Part shown: positions 56,796-64,000 of the stretch, piece by piece
Layout of the letters: every line of letters starts with the position of its first letter
Position numbering within the stretch: position 1 is the first letter of the stretch
NCBI GenBank assembly: GCA_044229245.1
Contig: JBGATI010000024.1
Location: 21,047 to 85,046, forward strand
DNA: 64,000 nucleotides
Origin: Gemmatimonadales bacterium
GTDB lineage: Bacteria > Gemmatimonadota > Gemmatimonadetes > Gemmatimonadales > GWC2-71-9
Reading direction: 5' to 3'
Position numbers and translations under genes: made by a program
Notes under the pieces: model-generated
What the model was told of the DNA's origin: nothing
What the model saw: only the letters and a program-made list of their open reading frames with translations
The model's database searches: none

Positions 56796-58049
56796 TCAAA
56801 CATCGAGATAGCCGCCGAGCCTCGAGTCCCAAGCCGTCCGGAGACAGAGCCCTACCCCGACGGCTGTCGACAACAGGAACGACCCGCCGTAGGAGAAGAA
56901 CGGCAGCGGGATTCCGGTAATGGGCATCACGTTCACCGTCATCCCCACGTTCTCAAACACGTGGGTGAAGAGCAGCCCCAGGATTCCGAAGACCATCAGC
57001 CCAGAGAATGGATCGGTGGCTCGGCGGGCGATCCGCACCAGGACCAGAAAGAGCGACAGGAAGAGCAGCAGGGCGAGCAGGGCGCCGAGGAACCCCAGTT
57101 CCTCTCCAACCACGGCAAAGATGAAATCGGTGTGCTGCTCCGGGAGGAAGGCCAGGCGCTTCTGAGGGCCCTCGAGGTAGCCGTTGCCGAACCACCCACC
57201 CGACCCGATCGCCACTTTGGACTGAATCGCGTGGTAGCCCGCCTTCTGCGGATCGACCTCGGGGTTGAGGAACGTCAGCAGTCGGTTCTGCTGGTAGGGC
57301 GCGAGCTTGCGCCACACCGGTAACGCCAGGAATCCCATCGCGGAGTTGCCGGCAAACACCGCGACACCTTCCCAGAAGTAGGGTCGCCAGACCGCGATCA
57401 GCACGCCCAGCATCACCATCCAGACGAGCCAGGTCCACAGATTGAAGGCCAGCAGGAGACTGGCGACGGGCGAGGCCAGCATGAGCAGCAGCGTCGGCGG
57501 CGTGCCGGCCCAGAACAGCATGGCGAAGAGCACCCCGGCGAAGACCAGGGCGCTCCCGAGGTCGGGCTGGGCGAGGACCAGCAGCGCCGGCACACCCGCG
57601 ATCAGCACGGCGGGGAGCAGATCCATCATCGTCTCGGGAGCCTCCCGGCGCCCGGAGAGGTGGCGGGCGAGCATGAGCACGACCGCCAGCTTCGCGAACT
57701 CGGACGGCTGCCCGATCGCATGGCCGCCGATGTAGATCCAGCTCTTGCTGCTCGCGGCCGTGCCGGCGCCACGTCCGATCACCAGGGTGAGGCCGAGCAG
57801 CACCAGGCCCAGGATGTAGACCGGGAGCGCCGCCCACTCGAGCAGACGAGGCGACAACCGGAAGGCCAGATAGGCCACGAACGCGCCGCCGCCAATCCAC
57901 ACGATCTGTCGCCGCCACGCCCCCGCCGCACTGAAGCTGGGCACGTCGGTCTGTCCGGCGGAATAGAGGACGATCACGCCATAGAGCAGCAGCAGCCCGA
58001 TGACGACCAGCAGGGGCCGGTCCAGGCCGATGTTGCGGGTGCGCGCCAT
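56796..58049 (-). CDS. rodA: Rod shape-determining protein RodA
   Basis: QPSEFAK, QPDLG, LPE.HTDFIF, P.TGIPLPF.SYGGS; follows pbp2. Confidence 0.95.
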   Translation of the reverse strand: MARTRNIGLDRPLLVVIGLLLLYGVIVLYSAGQTDVPSFSAAGAWRRQIVWIGGGAFVAYLAFRLSPRLLEWAALPVYILGLVLLGLTLVIGRGAGTAASSKSWIYIGGHAIGQPSEFAKLAVVLMLARHLSGRREAPETMMDLLPAVLIAGVPALLVLAQPDLGSALVFAGVLFAMLFWAGTPPTLLLMLASPVASLLLAFNLWTWLVWMVMLGVLIAVWRPYFWEGVAVFAGNSAMGFLALPVWRKLAPYQQNRLLTFLNPEVDPQKAGYHAIQSKVAIGSGGWFGNGYLEGPQKRLAFLPEQHTDFIFAVVGEELGFLGALLALLLFLSLFLVLVRIARRATDPFSGLMVFGILGLLFTHVFENVGMTVNVMPITGIPLPFFSYGGSFLLSTAVGVGLCLRTAWDSRLGGYLDV

Positions 58050-59881
58050 CAGTGCGTCAGCGTCGGATCGGGGGTGGATTCGGGCTGACCCGTCGAGGGT
58101 GCATCCCCAGGCAGGTCGAGCTTTCGCGGTATCCGTACATCGGTCGAATCGGGCCCGAGGACATAGCGCCGGATCGCCTGCACGACGTAAGGCGCGACCG
58201 CACTGCCGTGTTTGCCGAACTCGAAGATGGCGCCGATGATGATTTCCGGCTTCTCCGCGGGCGCGAATCCGATGAACCAGCCGTGATCCTCACCGGCGTT
58301 CTGTGCCGTCCCCGTCTTGCCCGCGACGCTGAAATCCTTGATGCGGCTCCGCGCGGCGGTCCCGCCTTCGACCACGGCGACGAGTGCTTTTCGCAGCCCG
58401 TCGAGCTGCTCGCGGCTGAGATGCAGGTCGTGCGCGGGTGCGCTGTCGGGTCGAACCACGTAGGGCGTCGGCGTCTTCCCGTCCCCGGCGAGCGCCGCAT
58501 AGAACCGCACCATGTTCATCAGCGTCTGGGTGTTCTCGCCCTGCCCGATGGCCAGGTTCAGCATCACCGCACCGCTCCAGCCCCGCGGACCGTACCGCTT
58601 GTCGAACCACTGCGTCGAGGTGGGCCAGATCGGCGTCGTCTCGTTGACGAGATCCACATGGGTCCGGTCGCCGAAGCCCATCGAGATGCCGTCGGCCAGC
58701 AGATTAGCAAGCTGCACCCGCAACCCGAGCTGGTAGAAATAGACATCGCAGCTCAGCGCGATCGCGCGCGTGAGGTCGAGCGATCCGTGACCGCGCTTGT
58801 CCCAGCACTTGAAGTAACGATTGCCGAACTGCATGCCGCCCGTGCACGACACGGGCATGTGCGAGTCGAAACCCACCAGCCCTCGTCTCAGGCCCATGAC
58901 CGCGGTCGCAAGCTTGAACGGCGAGCCGGGGGGATATTTCACCTGCAGCGCCCGGTTGAGGAGCGGCAGGGTCGGATCGCCATTCAGCCTTCGCCATTCT
59001 GCCGAGGAAATGCCGCCGATGAAATCGTTCGGGTCGTACGCGGGCGTGGAATAGAGGGCCCGGATTTCCCCCTTGGGAGTCATCGCGACGAGGGCGCCGA
59101 GCTGACCCTTGGGCCAGATGCTGTCGACGAACAGCTGCAGGTCGAGGTCGATCGTGGTGTGCAGGTTCTTGCCGGGAATCGACGGCAGCGGCGGCGCCGC
59201 GCCCTGCTCCCGGACCAGTCGACCGCGCGCATCCACCTCGATGTAGCGCATCCCCGGCGTCCCCCGGAGCGTGTCGTCGTATTCCTGCTCGATGCCGGAG
59301 CGCCCCACGACCGATCCGAGGCGCGCGCCCGCGTATCGCGATTGATCCAGATCGCCCTGGTTCACCTCGCCGACATAGCCGACGAGGTGCGCGACCGCCG
59401 TCCCGCGCGGATAGATCCGCCGCGGCTCCGACTGGATGACGAGTCCGGGAAGATCAGTGCGGTGCTCTTCGAGGCGGGCGACCTGCTCCCGCGTCGCGCT
59501 GCCCAGCACCATCGCCGGCTGGTAGCGCGCCTGCAGGTAACGATTGATGACTTCCTCGGCATCGGCGGAGTCGATCGGCACGACCTGCCGGAACCGGCGC
59601 AGGACCTGTCTGAGTGAATCGGTCGAGGAGGCGAGCAGGGCCACCGAGAACCCCGGGACGGTCTCCGCGATCACCTTGCCCGCCCGGTCGTACACCGTGC
59701 CGCGCGCCGGCTGGAGCGGCACCGGACGAAGCCGGTTGTTCTGCGCCCGCAGACGATACTGGTCGAACTGGAGAATCTGGGTCCGGAAGAACGCCCCGGC
59801 CAGCACGAGAAACGCGGCGGCCAGCACCCACTGAGCCCGCACCGAGCGTTCCCGAAGGCGGGAGGGGTGGAACTCGTTCAT
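58049..59881 (-). CDS. mrdA: Penicillin-binding protein 2
   Basis: YPPGSPFK (SxxK), SCDVYFY, KTGTAQ. Confidence 0.95.
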   Translation of the reverse strand: MNEFHPSRLRERSVRAQWVLAAAFLVLAGAFFRTQILQFDQYRLRAQNNRLRPVPLQPARGTVYDRAGKVIAETVPGFSVALLASSTDSLRQVLRRFRQVVPIDSADAEEVINRYLQARYQPAMVLGSATREQVARLEEHRTDLPGLVIQSEPRRIYPRGTAVAHLVGYVGEVNQGDLDQSRYAGARLGSVVGRSGIEQEYDDTLRGTPGMRYIEVDARGRLVREQGAAPPLPSIPGKNLHTTIDLDLQLFVDSIWPKGQLGALVAMTPKGEIRALYSTPAYDPNDFIGGISSAEWRRLNGDPTLPLLNRALQVKYPPGSPFKLATAVMGLRRGLVGFDSHMPVSCTGGMQFGNRYFKCWDKRGHGSLDLTRAIALSCDVYFYQLGLRVQLANLLADGISMGFGDRTHVDLVNETTPIWPTSTQWFDKRYGPRGWSGAVMLNLAIGQGENTQTLMNMVRFYAALAGDGKTPTPYVVRPDSAPAHDLHLSREQLDGLRKALVAVVEGGTAARSRIKDFSVAGKTGTAQNAGEDHGWFIGFAPAEKPEIIIGAIFEFGKHGSAVAPYVVQAIRRYVLGPDSTDVRIPRKLDLPGDAPSTGQPESTPDPTLTH

Positions 59882-60375
59882 GCCTCGAGCCGGATATCAA
59901 GCCAGCGCTGGAAGACGACCAGCACCAGAGCCGCCATGAGGGCGGTCGTGATCGCCTGCAGCGGTGCCCACACGAAGAGCTGGACGGTGAGGCCCCCCGC
60001 CCCGGCCCCGCTCGCAATGAGCTGCACGGCGTTGCGGATCCACACCCCGAGCGCGATCACCACCCCGTTGATGAAGAGGTTGTCGGGGAAGAACACTGCG
60101 CGGCCCCACGCGGCGAGGTAGCCGACGAGCGTATGCGCGAGGGCCCCCGCGCCCACCCTCGCCGGTGAGACCGCGTCACCCGCGAGACCGACGAGGAAGC
60201 CCGCCAGCGCCGCGGTCCCCGGACGGCTGCGAATCGCGTACAGCATGAGGGCGAGCAGCAGGAAATCCGGAGCCACCATGGGATAGCCCAGGCGAGGCCG
60301 CACGGCAAACTGGAGCACTGCCAGCAGTCCGAGGACGGCCCAGAGGCGGCTGCGGTCAGCCCGGATCGCAATCAT
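59878..60375 (-). CDS. mreD: Rod shape-determining protein MreD
   Basis: PDFLL, GF.VGL..D; between mreC and pbp2. Confidence 0.88.
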   Translation of the reverse strand: MIAIRADRSRLWAVLGLLAVLQFAVRPRLGYPMVAPDFLLLALMLYAIRSRPGTAALAGFLVGLAGDAVSPARVGAGALAHTLVGYLAAWGRAVFFPDNLFINGVVIALGVWIRNAVQLIASGAGAGGLTVQLFVWAPLQAITTALMAALVLVVFQRWLDIRLEA

Positions 60376-61214
60376 GGAGTGGAGTCCGCCCGGAAGGCGC
60401 GGAGCAGCGTCGTATCCGAGGAGGATTTGAGAATGAGGACCTGGCTCGCACTGGCAGGGTTTCCCGCGGGGCGGACGACATAGATCCGCTCCCACCCGGT
60501 CTCCTCGCTGGCCTGGCCGATCACGGTCCCCACCGGAATCCCCGGCGGATACACCCCGCCGAGTCCGGAGGTCACGACCAGTGTGCCTTCCGGAATCGAG
60601 TCGCGAATCGCGACCCCGCGCAGCTGCAGCAGCTGCTCCGTGCCGGTGACCTGAGCCCCAGGCCAGATGACGCCGAATATGTTCCCCGGCAGGGTGAAGG
60701 CGCTGGCACGAAACTCGGGATGGATCCAGGTCATCGCGATACTGCGCTCCGGCTCCACGATCCGCACCACGCCGATCAGACCCTCGGCGGAGACCACAGG
60801 GTCGAACAGCGCAACACCGGCCCGCTTGCCGGCCGACAACACCAGGGTCCGGCCATCGGTGGGGTAGCTCTGATGGAGGACCTCCGCGGCGATATACCGG
60901 CCGGGCAGCCTCGCGCTCAGGCCGAGCAGACTCCGCAGGCGCTGGTTCTCATCGCGGAGCGACGGGAGGAACTCCGCGGCGTGGGAGGCGGAATCCCGTT
61001 CGGAGCGGAGAACGTCGAAGGCGGCCTGACTGGTGCGGGAGGCCTCCGCACGCGCCTGCATCCAGAGAAATGGCCGGAGGACGGACCCGCGGATCGCGCC
61101 GGTGACCGACGCTCCCCAGTCGGGCCGGGCCAGCATCACGAGCGAGAGAGCGACGCAGGCGAAGAAGAGGGCGGAGTCCCGCCGGGAGAGGGAGCGGTCC
61201 GACCCGGTCGCCAT
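60372..61214 (-). CDS. mreC: Rod shape-determining protein MreC
   Basis: EN.RLR.LL, GLIG, VVTSGLGGVYP.GIPVG. Confidence 0.92.
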   Translation of the reverse strand: MATGSDRSLSRRDSALFFACVALSLVMLARPDWGASVTGAIRGSVLRPFLWMQARAEASRTSQAAFDVLRSERDSASHAAEFLPSLRDENQRLRSLLGLSARLPGRYIAAEVLHQSYPTDGRTLVLSAGKRAGVALFDPVVSAEGLIGVVRIVEPERSIAMTWIHPEFRASAFTLPGNIFGVIWPGAQVTGTEQLLQLRGVAIRDSIPEGTLVVTSGLGGVYPPGIPVGTVIGQASEETGWERIYVVRPAGNPASASQVLILKSSSDTTLLRAFRADSTP

Positions 61215-62251
61215 TACCGGTAGAGGACGCTTTGGTACTTCTCGTAGTCGTCGAGGATGCGTCCGGCGCCTCGCACGACACAGGTGAGCGGGTCCTCGTC
61301 CACGTGGATCGGCAGCCCGGTCTCCTGCGCGAGCAGGATATCCAGCCCGCGAATCAGCGCTCCACCGCCGGTCATGATGATGCCGCGGTCGACGATGTCG
61401 CTCGCGAGCTCGGGCGGAGTGATTTCGAGGGCGCGGCGCACCGCGTCGACGATCTGCTGGATGGGCTCCTGCACCGCTTCGCGGATCTCGCTGGAGTGGA
61501 CCCGCACCGTCTTCGGGATGCCTGACACGAGATCCCGGCCCTTCACTTCCATCTCCCGCTCGTCGCCGGTGGGCGCCGCGGAACCGATCTTGATCTTGAT
61601 GGACTCGGCGGTGGGCTCGCCCACCAGCAGGTTGTAGTTCTTCCGCATGAACTGCACGATCGCCTGGTCGAGCTCGTCGCCCCCGACCCGGATCGAGGTG
61701 TCCGAGACGATACCGGACAGCGCGATCACCGCGATCTCCGTCGTCCCGCCCCCGATGTCGATGACCATGTTCCCCGTCGGCGTCTCGACGGGCAGCCCCA
61801 CGCCGATCGCCGCGGCCATCGGCTCCGCGACCATGTCCACCTGCTTGGCGCCGGCCGTCTCCGCCGAGTCGCGCACGGCACGCCGCTCCACTTCGGTGAT
61901 GCCTGACGGAACGCAGACGATCACCTTGGGGCGCACCCGGAAGACATGCTTGTCGATGATGGTCTTCAGGAAGTACCGCAGCATCTTCTCGGTGACATCG
62001 AAGTCGGCGATCACGCCGTCCTTGAGCGGTCGCACCGCGAGGATTCCGTCAGGCGTGCGGCCCAGCATCCGCTTCGCCTCGAGACCGATGCCCTTGATCT
62101 TCCCGGTGGCCTTCTCGATGGCCACCACGGAAGGCTCGTTCAGCACGATGCCTTCACCCTTCACGTAGATGAGGGTGTTGGCGGTGCCAAGATCCACTGC
62201 GATTTCATTCGCAGGGATAAACGAGCCGAGTTTTAAGGACGGAAACTTCAT
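61214..62251 (-). CDS. mreB: Rod shape-determining protein MreB
   Basis: DLGTANT, EPSVVA, DGVIADF, DIGGGTTE, TGGGAL. Confidence 0.97.
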   Translation of the reverse strand: MKFPSLKLGSFIPANEIAVDLGTANTLIYVKGEGIVLNEPSVVAIEKATGKIKGIGLEAKRMLGRTPDGILAVRPLKDGVIADFDVTEKMLRYFLKTIIDKHVFRVRPKVIVCVPSGITEVERRAVRDSAETAGAKQVDMVAEPMAAAIGVGLPVETPTGNMVIDIGGGTTEIAVIALSGIVSDTSIRVGGDELDQAIVQFMRKNYNLLVGEPTAESIKIKIGSAAPTGDEREMEVKGRDLVSGIPKTVRVHSSEIREAVQEPIQQIVDAVRRALEITPPELASDIVDRGIIMTGGGALIRGLDILLAQETGLPIHVDEDPLTCVVRGAGRILDDYEKYQSVLYR

Positions 62252-62367
62252 CACCGGAGCCAGGCTAGCGAATTGGGCCAAAAGCTAACGGTGGGCCTAA
62301 GATGGGACAAGACTGAGATTTAGCGGACTTGGCACCGGTGACCGGCATCACCGGGAGGCGAGCCAGG

Positions 62368-62820
62368 TCAGCCGCCCAGCCGGCCGGTCCCGGTGCTGCC
62401 GAACCCGCCCTCCCCTCGCCCGGTCGGCGGCAGAACGGCGACCTCGGCAAAGCGGGCCGGCTCGACCCGGGCAAACACCAGCTGGGCGATCCGCATCCCG
62501 CGCGTCACCTCGAAGGACTCCCGGCCGAGGTTGACCAGGGCGACCATCAATTCGCCCCGGTAGTCGCTGTCGATCGTCGCAGGACTGTTGGGAAGGGTGA
62601 TGCCGTGCTTCAGTGCCAGCCCCGACCGGGGCCGGATCTGGCACTCATAGCCCGCCGGGATGGCGATGGAGAACCCGGTGCGGAAGAGTCGCCGCTCGAG
62701 GGAGCCCAGAACCCCCTCGTCGGCGCTCGCCAGATCGTACCCGGCGGAGCCGGGAGTGGCGAGCGCCGGAACCGGCAGCCCCTCACCATGGGGCAGCCGG
62801 ACGAACTGTACCTCGATCAA
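62368..62820 (-). CDS. dut: dUTP diphosphatase
   Basis: [35 protein letters not shown]; TTGA overlap with ald. Confidence 0.96.
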   Translation of the reverse strand: MIEVQFVRLPHGEGLPVPALATPGSAGYDLASADEGVLGSLERRLFRTGFSIAIPAGYECQIRPRSGLALKHGITLPNSPATIDSDYRGELMVALVNLGRESFEVTRGMRIAQLVFARVEPARFAEVAVLPPTGRGEGGFGSTGTGRLGG

Positions 62821-63929
62821 AGCACCGACTCGACGGCGACGAGGGGCAGATTGAAGGCCTCTGCCACCCCGGGATACACCACCTTGCCCTCCACCACGTT
62901 CAGGCCGAGCTGAAGCGCCCGGTCGTCCTTGCAGGCCTTCTTCCATCCATCCCGGGCCAGCCGCAGGCCATAGGACAGGGTGGCGTTGGTCAGGGCCAGG
63001 GTCGAGGTCCGCGGGACGCCGCCGGGCATGTTCGCCACGGCGTAGTGGAGGATCCCGTCCACGAAGTAGGTCGGATTCTCGTGGGTGGTGGGCTTGATCG
63101 TCTCCACGCAGCCCCCCTGGTCGACCGCCACGTCCACGATCACGGAGCCGGGCTTCATCACCTTGAGGTCGGCACGCTTGATGAGATGCGGGGCCTTCGC
63201 GCCCGGCAGGAGAACCGCACCCACCACCAGATCAGCCTTGCGGATGGCGTCGAGAATGTTGTGACGGTTGGAGAAGAGCGTGGTCACGTTGGCGGGGAGC
63301 ACGTCGTCCAGGTAGCGGAGCCGCTCGAGGGAGATGTCCAGAATCGTCACCCGGGCGCCCATGCCGGCCGCCATCTTGGCCGCGTTGATGCCGACTACAC
63401 CGCCGCCCACGATCACCACCTCGGCCGGCGCCACCCCGGGCACCCCGCCGAGCAGCACGCCGCTGCCGCCGAACACCTTCTCCAGGTACTTCGCGCCCTC
63501 CTGCACCGCCATGCGGCCCGCGACCTCGGACATGGGCGTGAGCAGCGGCAACTCACCATGCGGGAGCTGCACCGTCTCGTAGGCCACCGCGATGGCGCCG
63601 GACTTGATCACTGCGCGGGTCAGCTCCTCGGCCGCCGCGAAATGGAAATAGGTGTAAATGACCTGGCCGGATCGCATCCGCGGCCACTCCACGGCGATCG
63701 GCTCCTTGACCTTCATGATCATGTCGGACTTGGCCCAGACCTCGTCCGCCGTGGCCAGGATCTTGGCGCCGGCCGCCACGTACGCTTCATCGGAGAAGCC
63801 GCTCCCCACCCCAGCCCCCTGCTCGATGTAGACGGTATTGCCACGGGTGACGAAGGCTTCCGCGCCGGCGGGAACGAGCGCGACGCGGTTCTCGTTGGTT
63901 TTGATTTCCTTCGGGACGCCGATGATCAT
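62817..63929 (-). CDS. ald: Alanine dehydrogenase
   Basis: [43 protein letters not shown]. Confidence 0.97.
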   Translation of the reverse strand: MIIGVPKEIKTNENRVALVPAGAEAFVTRGNTVYIEQGAGVGSGFSDEAYVAAGAKILATADEVWAKSDMIMKVKEPIAVEWPRMRSGQVIYTYFHFAAAEELTRAVIKSGAIAVAYETVQLPHGELPLLTPMSEVAGRMAVQEGAKYLEKVFGGSGVLLGGVPGVAPAEVVIVGGGVVGINAAKMAAGMGARVTILDISLERLRYLDDVLPANVTTLFSNRHNILDAIRKADLVVGAVLLPGAKAPHLIKRADLKVMKPGSVIVDVAVDQGGCVETIKPTTHENPTYFVDGILHYAVANMPGGVPRTSTLALTNATLSYGLRLARDGWKKACKDDRALQLGLNVVEGKVVYPGVAEAFNLPLVAVESVL

Positions 63930-64000
63930 GGGTCGACCTGTTCGGATGGTGGTGTCCGTACCGGGTCAGCGCCCGGCCCGGCGGCGCAGGCCCACATGGC

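Overview
GC-rich bacterial chromosome segment. Gene content and order suggest Gemmatimonadota (inference only). Bases 1-32.6 kb hold about 55 short, mostly plus-strand accessory genes (GNATs, DinB, cupin, SRPBCC, SnoaL, methyltransferases, a PQQ dehydrogenase, many hypothetical lipoproteins) around a csp / DEAD-box helicase locus. A tripartite RND efflux operon, purEK, two lipoprotein genes and tmRNA follow. The rest is a mostly minus-strand core block: DGC-corA-larB-dusB, PTS IIA, guaA-lysA-proS-hisS-folC, accD, rodA-pbp2-mreDCB, dut, ald. I saw no integrase, transposase, CRISPR array, rRNA or tRNA. Best leads: a signal-peptide-bearing JAB/JAMM protein in a coupled three-gene unit; an intrinsic terminator inside the csp leader; a PQQ enzyme lacking canonical active-site acids; a membrane-anchored tandem bL12-CTD protein; a promoter motif shared by two lipoprotein genes; a pair of uncharacterised paralogs; overlapping divergent leaderless promoters. 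Several single-base frameshifts suggest assembly indels. All family calls are by-eye motif recognition, not database searches.
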